From: Fimbriosthenelais zetlandica
Taxonomy: Eukaryota
Reading direction: 5' to 3'
NCBI GenBank assembly: GCA_977030845.1
Contig: OZ365113.1
Span: 20,026,001-20,090,000, forward strand
DNA: 64,000 nucleotides
The notes beneath the pieces were generated by a model. The model ran no database searches. It worked only from the letters and a program-made list of their open reading frames with translations, and had not been told where the DNA came from. Positions 13,337 to 27,385 of this stretch are shown here, piece by piece (position 1 is the stretch's first letter; each line of letters starts with the position of its first letter). A program made the position numbers and the translations under genes.

Positions 13337-15868
13337 TGGCTTGGAAAAATGAAAAGATCTATAGGCCTATAGGATGTTGCCAAGAGCAATAGAATTCTTC
13401 TGAATGTATTGGGACTTACGACCAAATGGGGGTGCGGTCATGGAGGTCTCTCAAGTACATATTATATCAACTATAGAGATATCAGCCCGCTGACATTGCA
13501 CAACTAAAAGAAGAAATACAACCATGGAATTTCAAAGCTACATAGGGGCACACTCAGTAATCATAAAAGCATATGCTACAGCGATGGGGCACACAGTTTT
13601 TAAAAGAACTTGGTAAACACCAATCAAACATCGAGAACGGCCTAGTATGTTTCTCGCCCCCAGATGGGGAGAGTCTCATTGGGGGTAAGAGTACTCATTG
13701 TCAGAACTCGTGGCCTCGTCCGCCGGTCTGTTTGTGTTCCTTACTTTTCCCACCAGGTGCTTCCTGCCAACGAGATTCCCGCCGACCTCGCGAGAACTCG
13801 AGCGGAGCGGCGAGAACACACGCGTTCGTTAGGTCGCTACTCTATGATAGGATTATAGTCACCTTTAGAAAAAGAATCGATACTTCTTTACTGGGCCAAA
13901 TTGTCATTAGAGTTCATTGTTTGACGCATAATAATCCCCGCATGAATTGTCTAAGCAACCTTTCTCAATTCTTTTAGAGTGAAGCTGCTTATTAATTATT
14001 CCATTTGAAGGATCAATCGGAATAGCCAAGTTATGCTTTATGTTCTAGTTCTGCATTAGCCAATTTTATGAGCTGTGATATCAAATTTATGTGTTTATAC
14101 TCTAACTCCAAGAAAAATTGTGGGATTTTTCTTTGACCACTCCACTACGAAACTATGGATCCAGCGTAACTACGAAAATAAAGTCGAGTGGTGGGCCAGG
14201 TGGAAGCAGAGAGGGCACTAAAGACTCGGAACAAGTCAAACAAGCTATTCAAGGGGACACGACAGAAAAATCGCTCGCCAGATGGCAGGTCAATCATTAC
14301 CATTGATCACCATATGCCTCCATCAATTAACTCTTTCATCACGAGTGGCCATGTATTCACCCGTTCCACAATCGTCAATATTTTAGGAACTGTTTTAATT
14401 TTCAAAATGTGCCAAGGCTAACAGGTCATATTGACGTTGAGGTGACAGTAAATTATTAGTCCATTCTACCAGCACTCTGATAAAAAAAAGTGCTTCATAC
14501 ACATAAATGATTTCCACAGCTGCAGTGCTTAACTCCCTTTTGACAAATTAACTCTCATTTGCCCGGACAAATTCAGCATTACTAGAACACGTGCGAGTCC
14601 CATAACTCGACATCGCCATGTCCTCGAGCAACAGTTACGCCCTATCAATGGTCGACTTCCTTTAAAACCCACGTTAACACAGCCACTACAAAAATACCGC
14701 CACTTGAGGCGTTTAGGAAATCAAAGAATAATTGCCAGACGACACTTGGCCGAAATTGTCGCCACTTTGAGGCGATTGTCGCTGTGGGAGGGGAATGGAC
14801 CACCGCCAAGCCAGCAGGCTATATGAGGGACATGCAGGAAGAGCAGGTCTAGCTACCTTTAAAATTTTGTCATTGGCTTATAATGATTTATTCTTTTAGT
14901 GTTTTTGCCTCAACCTAGGGATTTTGAAAAGGCAATGGGAAGAGGCACAGTCTGTGCTAATCGGATTGAGGAATGATGAATTATCTCCGGTTTAGCATGG
15001 TGGTTCCATGACTATAAACATGGTTGGCATGGTCCCAGTGAAAAACACCCTTTTAGGGATGATGAATTCTGATTTGAGTGTTCAACTCACTGCCTCTTTC
15101 ATGCAACTCTCACCATGAAAATCAAATATTCATCACATAAGGAGGCTTTTCAAACTGCATTAAGCAGCACCCTCTCTTTTGATAGTCATCAGATTCGACA
15201 GTATAATTATTTCACTCATAATATTACAGTAGGTATTATTTTAATACAGGATTTCTAGGAAATGACAGGGGCTACCATCAATATCATCATAGTCAATATT
15301 ATGTCACCCCGAGAGTATATATGACTGCCATGGAGTGCAGCTCGAGTAATGTTTGGGACCCAAGTGTCCTTTCAATAGGTTTCAATGAACTCCTTCTTTC
15401 TATTAACAACTGCTATTTTATGGAGCCAACTATTTGAGACTATGCTGCAATTTGGTAAGGACTACTTACGTAAAACACTTTAGGCCTAATCAATACCTGG
15501 CAAAAACTTTGGGAATAGAAAAGAAATATTAAAGCCAGACGAAAACAAGACCTGGAAAAATATGGAAAGAAAATAAAGCAGGTACTTACTTGCCAGATCA
15601 CTCAAACGTAGCATAGGAGTTGAATAACACTCAATAGAAATGTCAGAATCTCTGATGAAAAGATGAGTCTTTCTGCAGTTCTTTTATATTTAAGAAGTTT
15701 TCCTTTTCTTCAAGCCAGCGTAAACGGCTGAAGCCTCTACTTTTCCTCCTCGCCAAAGTTTGTTAGAAAATCATAACCTCTAGGATAAGGACTTTTTGAT
15801 CCACCATATAACTTGTCCTGTGAGAATAACAGTGTACCACATTGTTGGGTCTATGGAGCACTTGGCAT

Positions 15869-15904
15869 TATAAAAGGGGCGTGGTGCAGCTGTCAAATGG
15901 CGCC
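15869..15904 (+). promoter_or_regulatory. Candidate TATA-type core promoter (TATAAAAG, GGGGCGTGG, downstream AAATGGCGCC)
   Basis: Consensus TATA at 15869, GC-box-like motif at 15876, YY1-like motif ~26 nt after the TATA; motif match only. Confidence 0.35.
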
Positions 15905-16398
15905 ATGCAGAGTGACAGAGGCCACAACCCGACTGTGTAGTGTTTAGGTCTATCTGACTGCACTATGTCCACTAAAGCCAGGGGCCTACAAAAAGCCAGT
16001 GACTTCAGGAAGCACTTAAGAAAAGGGGAAAATGAAACAGATCACTTTAGCGATAATAGTAAAAAGGATTTGGTTTATATTAGGCTCTCCTCCCTTCCTT
16101 GGATATTATTGTTGTTGGTTACCATTCCAGGGGGGCAACCTCGTGCTTGTATATCAGCCTTACCCTTTTATGTCAGTTGCTGACGATGGATGGTGGAGAG
16201 ACCAGTGTTTAAAGGCCAACTCCAGGGTGGTAGGCATAGGTAAAGTCCTCCCAGGGTTGTCAAATATGCTCAGTATCCGTTGCAGGATGGTATATGGATG
16301 TATGCTTGATATTCTCCAAGTCCAGACCTCCTGGTGATGATGTTATGGTGATGAAGATGGTAGTGGTGGTAGATCCTTCTAAGTGGTGCTGCTCTGGA

Positions 16399-16505
16399 GG
16401 TGGTGGTGGTGGTGGTGGTGGTGGTCTTCAGCTTCTCTCTCTCTCAGCTCTCAGTGAGTCAGGCTGACTGACTGTGTGGTGGTCGGTGGTGGTGGTGGTG
16501 GTGGT
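16399..16505. repeat. Two (GGT)n microsatellites: (GGT)9 at 16399-16425 and (GGT)7 at 16485-16505
   Basis: Read directly from the sequence. Confidence 0.95.
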
Positions 16506-19500
16506 GGCTCTTGTGGTGGTGTATGTGAGTATGTGGTAGAAGCTGGTGAAAACCGCTGCTGCTCCAGCTGTCCAGCTCCATGGGCCAATCCAGGCAGTGT
16601 ATGGAGGAGGGAGAGAAGAAGGAGGAGAAGGAGGAAGAGATCGATCAGCTCTCCTCTCCTCCGGCGTTCCTGCCTCTCAATGATTCAGTAACCAGAAGAT
16701 CTACTTCCCACTCACACCAATGTCTTACATCAATGTGTATGCATTTAAGACCTTTGGCCCTTTTAACCCTGGAGAAAGCCCTTTCGCCTCAAAGATCCTG
16801 CGTATACATATCCCCTTTAGGCTTGGGGATTTAAAGGGGGAATGGCTGGATATATACTCACTCTTTTATCCATTGCTTCTTTTAGTTTTATTTTTGGTCC
16901 TTTTGTCCCTCTGGGGTTTGGAGACGTGGTGTGTGTTGTGTTGAAAATTCGCCTCCAGGGCGTAAGGTATGTGGAAGGCTATAGAAGAAACAGGGTGTGG
17001 AGGAGGACGAGGGAGAAAAGGAGTTGGGGGACAAGCAAGCAGCTGTGGGAATCCTCCAGGTGTGAGTGCCACAATGGAGCTCCACCTCCTCCTGCGTAAG
17101 GGCACTCAGCGTCGGGGACACACCTCCTCCAGGCTCCAATATACAGGCCTTCTCCAGTATCTCTCACCTCTCTATATCTCTTGCTCCAGTAGGCGATGAT
17201 GGTGCTATAGGGTCCATGTGATGTCCCAGGATCCACACACTGAGGGAGAGACAAACAGGATTTAAGGCAGCTACTCTATACTAACATTAGTTTCTCTGGC
17301 AACTTTATAGTGTGATTAAGACCATGGTATGCTACAAATCCTGTCAGAATTCATTTAGTCATTCCATAAAGCCCATAGAGCAATATAAACCCTTAGAAAT
17401 GTATTCCAACCGAGGTAAATTCAAATAGGATTCACATCTCATATAAATGGCTAGTTTTGTGTACATGTATAGTAGTTGCAATATGGTAGGGCGTAGAGGC
17501 CGCGCACACCGGTCTGACCTTGCTAATAGATTTATACCAGGTTAACCAAATACAATAAGGTTTATAAAACACAAACATAAAGCATATAAACGAGTCAATG
17601 GTTTAAATGAAATATAAAGTTAATAAAATGTATTTACCACAATGGAATGGTAGAAACTGGCAGGTATTGTTAGATATGGAATAGACGGTGTATGGTGGGT
17701 GTGCTGGGTACGGTGTGAGTATCTGAGGTAGTGGGTGTTTGAGAGGTGTATAAATCTAGCATGTGTGAACTGCATGGACTATTTTAAGAAACATAGGTAT
17801 TGGTATTGGTATCGGTATGGATTGAAATTAAATAATAGAAATGTACAGCTAGGCTTCGAATGAGACGTGAAACGAAATCATACCTTGTACTGATGAAATA
17901 TTACATGTAATAAATCAATAAAATATGATCATTTAAAGATGGAAGTAAATTATTAGCATGAAAGTAAATGAAGCACTGAGGTCAATTTTTTTTAGAAATG
18001 ATTATGTTGAATGGCCGATACGATGTGAACCCATACAGGATTGTCGACTTGACCTTCTACCTGCGGTGACAGATTTGACTGACGTCTTCTGCCTTTAAGA
18101 TCCACAGCCTCACAATCTCACGCTGCAGCTGCTGACAGCTGAGAAAGGTAACGTGCTGCACCCCACCAAACCTCACCAGATAGATAATGTGACATTTGCA
18201 CTTTTACATTAGATAAAAATAGGGGAAAAAACATTTTCTCTGACATTCATGAAATATGAAACATACACGGTGGGCTGGCAATAATATTCTAATATATGGT
18301 TCTTTTTCCAGAAAGCCCATTCATGGCTGGTGTAAATTGCTTCTATGGGCAGCAGATTCAAGGATGAAAAAGATCTGAATAACAGATCGAAGGGCAAGTC
18401 TCCATAAACACATGCAGAGCACTGATAAACTCCAGAACATCCCGATACACGCGCCTCTCTAGGCTGACAAAAAATGTCATGGAATCTACGTTGCCACATT
18501 CAATCAGTGTTTACCCAGGTGTTTTATTTTATGTTTCCCCAAAGACTGATTTTGTTTGTGCTAGTCCGTTCAGCACGACTGGCCGCCAATTAATGTTATT
18601 TTTCCACTGCGTGAGTTATGAATGCTTGGGCACAAGGAGAGAGAGGCCATTCAGTTTCCGGAACTGGTTAGAGGTTTTTGTAGTCATCTATTCAAAAATT
18701 AACATTTTTCTGACTTCCGCACAAATTGATTCACCGCCTGAGTATTTTTTATATGATGGTACATGTTTCAAAGGAGCGCGGGAGACTGGCAGATCATTCA
18801 CAGTGTCGTGATTGTTACATTTGCTCCTAATCAAAGAAAGGCTATCAGCCTTTCATATTATCGTTCTCACTCATCGTCCGATGGGTGAGGCAATCCCAAC
18901 CTACATTGCATGACCTAGCCCCTTTTAATAAAATAGGACATTGAGATCTTAAATAATCGAAAAGGATAGCATGAATCATGAAAGTATAAACCTCTCACGG
19001 TGGAAATGGCAAACAAGATCCCCCAAAAAGGATAACGGTTCCCACTAAGCCTATAATGTTTGCCATAGGATCTGCTATGTTCCTGCTTTTAAAATAATTC
19101 TGAAGAAATAAAGGATAAATATTTGAATGAATTGCATTCTTGGGCGTGGCACGTTTTCTACTCAGATGGTTAGCTCTTTGGAACTTCATCTATTTTGCCT
19201 CATTTTCTATCGCCCAAAGACCAGGATGGGGAGAAATTCATTAAAGATTTGTATATCAATCTATATGTCATCAGTGGCCAATCTTAATGGAATCCAGGAC
19301 GAGTTAAGGAAAGGGGATTCCAGTGTTTTCTGCTGAGGAGGCCAGTATTAGAGTGGCACAGCTCTCTGCTCAGGACTCCACAGAGGAGTTAACTCCTACT
19401 GTTTCTCCAGGGCCTCTCCTGGGTTGATGGTATATAAAGTTGGTGATGCGGGGACATGGCACAGGCATGATAAACCAGTGCTCGCGTCTGGATCCTCCTC

Positions 19501-22500
19501 CATGCTGATAAGGTGGCCACTGATGTCAACAGCTCATCCAGCATGCCTGCCCCCAACCCTCTCCCCATTCAACCCCCACCCAACATACTCCATCAGCCTA
19601 TTACCCTCCGCCCCTCCACCCTACCCTCTCAAAACTCAACTCACTTTACATAGTCCATATTTCCATTATAAAATAGTCATTGTATTATATTTTGGGGGGG
19701 ATTAGCCTATAGTAAATCAAAGTTCAAATTGAAATCAAATGATGCCTGCATGGGTAGGTGCCTTCATGGTCTGCGAACTTCTAATATGCCTAATGTTTTA
19801 AAAATCTTCATTAGCAGTAGTAGGAGCCAATTCATTGTCATAAATGTATAGTTTGTACATGTTCTGCCTGGCGTTTTCTGAGTTGACAGAGGTCATCAAA
19901 CGTCCTGACTATAACTGTTGACATGGGCTCCCCTCTCCCTCCCTTTACCGAGCCCCAATATTTGCTTCTCACTCTCTTTCAGGCCCAGCTTCCGCTAGTT
20001 CTTTCCCTTCTCCAATAATTGCTCCGGCCCTGGAACACAGGCAAATTCATTTCTCTTGGAAATCTATGTAAATATGAATTGGGAGCAGCTAGGCTGGGCA
20101 AGATGAGCGTTCCACTATTGTTCCCACTTATCAGTGCGTCACGCGGCCCAGCGGAGTCACACAGAAAGTAGTGCAGAAAGCGTGATTTGGATCAGGTGTA
20201 TGCTCCCTGGCCTGCCGCCTTAGTAAATAGTGCCTCACCATCAACTTCAATGGGAGAGGATTAGCTTTCCATGGGTCGGTTTTGAGTGATTGTCTGTGAC
20301 CAAGCGAGGCCCAGACTGAATGTGTAACTTCTTTTATAGGAGAAGTGAATGATTCAGTGATGACATAGGGCATGTTTTATTTGCAGTCACTCTGTATATA
20401 GGCCTAATGTAGTTCGATTGAAGTTTCGACTTTTACGACAAACTTCCATAGATCACAATCATAAACTTCTCTCTGTGAATGACCGAAAAGTGTTGGGAGA
20501 CAACTGTCCTTCTTTGGAAGAGTGTGAAAAACTGCTGCCATTACTTGGGCTGTTGGTTGAACATATCCAACTTTTCTGATGTAAACTTATATTCTGCTTG
20601 AGAATATTAAGATATATGAATTTGACATGTTTGTACCATACTACAGAACACTGTGGGATTCCAAGAGAAGGGCCAGTTGTTCGTTCTCTTCAAAAAGATA
20701 CACAAACAGTCTCTATGTTCAAACATCCACAATAAAAAAGTCCCTACTTGAAAACTATCATCTATGTAATGGCGTTTTTGCACAAGCATCCTTATATTTC
20801 ATCTTCAGGGTTGTATATCTTTCTTCCTGTCCTGATAATAAAGAATGCTGGAAATGTGGGATATACTTTGCTGTTAACTCCTCTTGGAAAATGGCGCTGA
20901 TGTGGGAAGAATGTCATTCACGCAAGGGAAAAGAACACGTGCCACTATATATCAAAACAACACGAAATGTATCAAATTTCCATTTTTATGTGTAGATTTG
21001 GGTATGGGCACTTTCTCATATCATTTATCACTGTGGTATAACTAACAAGGAACAAGAATAAAAGAAATAGAAGAATAAAAGAAATAGTACACAAATGTGT
21101 GCTAAACGTATGTGGAGGGATTTCATTTAACGTGGTTACATTTAATGTTGGAACAGTATTATTTTACCCAAGATAAATTAGGATATTAGTTCGCACAAAG
21201 TCGATAATTTGAATAGATAATAATGAACCGAGGGGGTGTGGTTTCGCTGGAGATGGTGATTGAAGTGGGATGGGTAGGCTTCTGGATGTGGTGTGATTGG
21301 GTCTATACGGTGAAGAGGGAAGGAAGAGAGGGGGAGAGAGATACTGGAGGTAACTGAGGTCTGGTCTGGAGGCAGACCCCCCTGGTGCATCCCCCGTGGT
21401 CTGAGTGACAGACACAGGTTGAGACTGGCTCCAGTCTGTCTACCGAACACCTGGAGAAAGGCTCCTCCATGGCTGCAGTAGATGTGCAAATACCCATCTC
21501 TATATGATATTAAGTCACACGTGTAATGAATCATAACTGGGCACCAAAGTCCAGTTAATGACTTATGGATATTAGGGAGAAACGCCACCTTGAGTTATGA
21601 ACCCATAGGTGGCGTTCGTGTGACCTTAGGACATGAAGGGGTGTGGTCCATGGTCCAGGTAGTGCATCAAACATAATGAAATCACTTACATGCAATTTCA
21701 TGTGGTCAGGGTCCATAAATCTCAAATGACAGTTGTAACTAAGAACATGAGACTTGACGGTTATGGGTATTTGATTGAAGGTTCAGGAATAAGTTGGTTA
21801 ACCACTTTTTTCATCTTGAAAAACTCTGACCACAGCCTCACCTTTCATGCATTCATACATTTCATTAGCTATATATTTTCATGGTAATGTTAGAGAGTTT
21901 GAAGGTATCTGTTCCAGTTCCATACACAATCTCTCATTGTGGATGGACTTCACCCAAAATATATTTCCCTCATAAGACTGAGACCACATCTATCACACAT
22001 ATGGCGGCACCACCACATCAGGTTCAAACAATCTGTATTTATTTTTATGCCTCACACACGGTTAAACCCACCAAAAATGCTTGTCATTCACCAACACATG
22101 TTTCTGTGCTGGCGCAAAGGCATCCTCTCGTTCCCCCACCGACTCATTGAAGTCCGTCAATCTGACACAAGCACTAATGCATATAGGTACTCATGAATTT
22201 CATCTCTTGCTCATTCAGACACATAATGATTAACACATGTTCGCAGGAAATATTGTCCCACATTTCCTAAAGCCAACACAAAGACACTTCGTTTGGAGTT
22301 CATTGCGGTTGCCATTTCAGAAATCCCGGATCTGAATGCCATGGATGTGTGTGTTGCCATAGCGAGTTTCATGCCAGATAATACTTACTGGTCTTTTTTA
22401 CTCGGAGATGGTCGTCATGTATTTCTGGGAGAATCTGTAGTGATTGAAAATATGTCCTTATCTATGGCTGATTTCCCGCACCATGCAGATTTTTTTTAGG

Positions 22501-25500
22501 GGGGAGGGGCTGTTTCTACAGAGAAACGAGGTTAACTAGCATGGCACAGGTGCATCGTACATGCTCAAATAAATCTTTATTCTCCCATTATTTTATACCT
22601 CTCTAAGCAACTTTTGTTAAAATTAATGTGCCTTAAATTGCTAATATGCGGGTGGTACCTTTGATTCTCACTTGGTGAAACATTACATGTATTTTGTCAC
22701 TGCATATGCAGGAGTCTACTGTCAGTCCAGTGTTGTCAGTCCTGATCAGTGGCCTATAATTATATGCGTCACTAACAGAACCTAGTGTCAGATGCACTGA
22801 CCACCATCTTGTTGGTGGAGCTAATGAGAAGGCAATTCCCTGATTGATTTTACAAGTGTTCAACACCTAAATACACAACTTGGGAGTCGGGGCCCTGAAA
22901 TATGTGACAATCTGGGGAGTGGGGGCGTATCCCACAAGCCTTGCCAGGACATGTCATTGTTTGTTGACAGGGAAAGCTGACATGTCAGCATCAGATCTAT
23001 ATGGTGACGACAGTCTGCTCAATTTCCAATCCAAACAAATTGCATCATAACATACGTTCAGATGCATGATCTTAAACTTTCCCTCTACCCCCTTCCTCTG
23101 TATAGCCTTGCCGTGTTTCCGACCAATGCTCCCACTATTTCAGCTCAATCCTGGCAATAAGTGTATGATAAATACCATTATAAATCAAAGATAAAGTTTT
23201 CAGCAGATTGCTTACCACCACCAGTTCATGTTAACCATAAATACTACTGGGCCCCCAAGTGTCATGAGTGAGTGTAACTCCAGATGATGGTGGAAAGACA
23301 CAGGTGGGATATCATTAGTGGAGGAATGCTTTGACTGTTTCATCCTCTTCTTTGATTCAAATAGGCCTGGATAGATCGGGGCTGTAGTTAATTACTTGAA
23401 ATGCTATACATGCCCCCTACTTATAACACAGCCATACATATGAATGGCATAAAAACAGCAGAGGTAACTCTGTGTTATGGCTTAACCATCTCAAGGATAC
23501 TGGTCCTCCTAGATTCCTGGATTCCCACTCACTTCCTCCAGGCTGCAGTCGTCCACAGAGCACATGGAGAATCTATCTGGTACTTTTGGGAGGGCTCGGT
23601 ATCGAAATCATGAAAATATAGCCCGTCTTCAAACAGCTACAAACAGATCTGCCTGGCGATTTTTACTATGGGAAAGTAAAATCTGTTGGACTCCTCTCTC
23701 CTTGAAGCAATGCAGATGTGACAAGGCTTACATGCAGGTATTTAACTTGCAATAATTATAGAGATTTTTAAGTTCCTGTTTCCAGCTGTTGGAAGGATGA
23801 AACAGGGAGGATGTTAAAGAAAATATAGAGAGTATTGAAAGTGATAAGACAGGCAAGCAGTATTGAAAGACCAGGTATAAGGACATATAGATTAGAAAAT
23901 GAAGAAAGCAAACAAAAGTTATAAAAGGGGGATAAGTCATGAGAACAAAGACAGAGAAGGGCAAAAATGATCAGTAATGAGACATGACAGTGTGAAACAC
24001 GAGCCCGTCCTCTCACCCTCTCAGGGTGTGATCCCCGCTCCCTCATGACTCGCCAGGGTAATTGGAGGTGTGTGGATCGAGCGATGCGTTGTCATAGCAA
24101 CGGCTTATTGGCGCCTTTTCAGGTGTTTGATGATGGCAGGTGGGGCTGGATCCCCAGGGGATCCAACACACCTGTGTCAGCCGACTAGGCTTAGGGTGAA
24201 TAATCTTTGGCGACTGCTGAATGCTGGAGGCAAGAAGGAGCTGTAGGGAATAAGGTGTGCACTGGTCACATTAGCTGTATGTTGCATTCACATGAGGTTC
24301 GGGTTGGATAACGATGACTAAGGGTTACGATCGTTTAACATTATTTTATAAACCGTTAAGTAAAGTGTATTCGTTTTCAATGCAATTCTATAGAACATTG
24401 AAAGTATCTCGGGGGTAGTATAATATGCACATCTATATATAAACTAGCGCCGACTGGCGATTGTTTTTTGTTATCAGTCAGCCTTCATAGCCTCTCATTT
24501 GCCTCTGGTCGTTATCATCGAAGCCAGGGACTTTGTCTTGTAATTGGCCGCTCAGATAGTGTGCCTTTTGGATCGCTTCACCAGCTATTAAAGCAGCTCC
24601 TATCACCTCCAGACCATCTGATCGGCATCATCTGGCCGGAGATGATCCCCGGAGGAGCTCCTGTGTATTCCTCCAGTGTCCCTCCTGGTGCCTTCTCCAT
24701 GGCCACAGCTGCCTCCAGTCAGATAACCCTTCTCCCTCCAGAAGCCGAAGCCAATTCGGAGCCAGGGGCTTATCTTTTCCAGTTGTTTCTGAAGCCATAA
24801 GGGTGAAGCAGCTGGCTTCTTCCACTTGTCCCAGGATGGCAAAGCCCAGAGCCCGCACCCAGATATCTTTAAGTGCCTCTGATATCCTCACTACAACCAG
24901 CCATACCATAAACTCACTAGAGACAGGACTTGAGTAAGGAAAGATTGCTGAAATTGAATATCAGTAAAAATAATTTAATTTCTCATGACCTAGCATCTTT
25001 TCAGAAGAACGTATGATTATATAGGACTATGGTTTCAAAAATATATGTACAGGCCGGCTATATGAACCAATCTTCAGTCTCACAGTTTTTCTGTGGATAA
25101 GCTGGTATCAATACGAGAGAAAACCTCACATAACTGATGATCAATGGTTCTCAAGGTGAAATGCTCAATTCTAAACTGGCTTCCCAGGTGCTTTGACTTG
25201 CTTCCTTCAAACTATTACGACCTTTTGGTTATCATCAATATTCTGAATATCCACACGTCCCAAGAGGTCGAGGGGAAGCTGGAACCCATGCATCAAAAGG
25301 CCAACAGCCTGCGGTGTTCTGTCCTAATTATCAGAGAGAAGCCACCTCGGAAGCCAGGGGCGAAGCCACACCAAATGTTTACAAGGCCCGATTGTCAGTA
25401 ACGGAGGGGTCATCAGCAGGGGAGGGCGATGGGGATGTAGGGGAAACTCAATGACTGTTGGAGCAGCTCACACTTTGGTATTTAGCCCCTGACAAGACAT

Positions 25501-27340
25501 GGATTCACTGCAGCTGCTCGGCCAAATGCAACTTGCCAACTTGCATCCCTATGAGAGAGATAAATAAGCAGGGGGCAGATGTTGGCTTGTTGGCCTGGCC
25601 GAGGCACAAGACTCCACCGACTGGCCAAGAACCCATACAACTGTGGATGGGGATGGTTTCAATCTGACCGGATTTGCTAATCTCAGATCACCTTACAGGA
25701 CGGTTCATCAATGTCAAGGTTAATCTAGTGAGGTTGACAGCTGAGCCGTGGAGCCAGCACCCCCTCAGGCCGATTACTTATACAATGCCACTGCTCTTAC
25801 ATTTCATACGGGAAGTCAGGGGACATGTGAGGTCATGACGATATTTGTCACTCTTTTTTATAACTGACGAAGAAATTAACATAGATAACCCTTGTGTTTG
25901 AGTAGGCGATTTCTTCCTGATAGGGAATTTAATCCCATGCTACGAACATAGATCCTGAAGGAACTACTTCGAAGCACTTCTGAAAAATCCAGCCAATTCT
26001 TATCTGAGACCAGTCGTGAAGATGGTACAAATCAACAGAAACTTCCTCACTCTGGTTCCACGCAGAAAGACGATTCCTACTTTGAGAACAGTTCTTCCCA
26101 TGAACTTTTAGCTTTATCTCTCGTTGATTAAGTTGCTGGTTACAAATGTGGTCAATACTCGTGCCTCCTGCCAGAACTGTCTTGGGACGAGCGATGCCAC
26201 CTGCTCGATAGGCCTATCTCTGAATCCATCCTGAACCCACAAGTAAAGTGCATGCAGTCCTGAGCCTTTTTCAAAACGAATATTGCCATAATGACTATAA
26301 GTAGGCTAATATTCATGGAATGTATGTAGCCCCTTTTTCTCTCTATTGGACCTTTCGTTATGTGTAGGCCAGAAATATAAAGGACTATTCTTAGAGTGTA
26401 GGTGATTGTCCAAAATCGAACCATATATCCACAGCATACCAGTTTAAACTCTTCATTTGTACAGACATGAGTGATTTGGAAATGGATATCGCAAATCCAG
26501 TATTCTGTCCTCTTATATTTCTCATCAATTAAATGGGAAGACAAAATCTGCCAACAAAAATGTCTATAAAAACTGCTGGTATACAGGGACGGGGGATTTT
26601 TAATCCCCTCTCTGTCCGGGTAGAGCAAATCCATAGACGGAGAAGCATTCAAACGTGTCAAATCCTAACGATGGGAAAATGAGCAAATGCCTGTGAGTCC
26701 GCCGCTGGCGCCCAGTGCCACTTTTATGCCTGATGATTCTCCAGCATTCCTTTATGAAACACCATCGTTTTCGTTTTCAGACACGCCTCAATTTTCCCAC
26801 CACCAGGCAAATAAATGAAACCTGCACATGGGTACTTTTTATATTGGTTTACAGTTTTGTCTTTGGGAAACTTTCGGTGAGGTTTTGGGTGGAGGTTTTC
26901 CGCCGTGGTGAGACGGGATGTTTTTAATTTTTGAATGGAACTCAATGTAGGCCTATATTTCTAGTGCAAATGCCACTTTTCTCATCGTTCTTGCAGACTT
27001 AGCATATATAGGACCTACTGTATACCTCATTGTTATGTAGTATTCTGTTAAAAGAATTCAAGTTGTAAATCAGTAGGCCTAGGTGACCATTCCTAAACAT
27101 TTGATCTCCCATATATCCGCGTGACAACGATTCACCAACATCAGTTAGGCCTATATATACTCATGTATATTAGTAAATCGTCAACTAAAGTAATCATGGA
27201 CAGACGTGTGAATAATTTATGCATGCATAAAGGGCACATAATATGCATTGAAGGCATTCAACCCCTTTTAAGACTGACATATGATTGAAAGGAATGCTTA
27301 AAGGGGTAGCGACCTCAATGGCTCACAGTCATTTGCCATA

Positions 27341-27385
27341 ACCGGAAGTGTCGCGAACCAACGGTGGTTAGGCCTACTGCGCATG
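27341..27385. promoter_or_regulatory. CpG-rich promoter-like patch with ETS (ACCGGAAGTG) and NRF1-like (TGCGCATG) motifs
   Basis: Motifs at 27341-27350 and 27378-27385; no gene could be attached. Confidence 0.4.

Noticed and set aside
16300-16700. His/Pro-rich transcription-factor exon on the minus strand
   Set aside because: All three frames contain stops within the CAC/CCA tracts, and there is no DNA-binding domain nearby.
23500-23730. WIPTHFLQAAVVHRAHG, resembling the Gypsy integrase zinc-finger lead-in
   Set aside because: The GHxG and CxxC elements and the DDE core are absent.
26152-26661. 169-aa minus-strand ORF
   Set aside because: No recognisable motif, an amino-acid composition typical of translated non-coding DNA, and no supporting splice structure.
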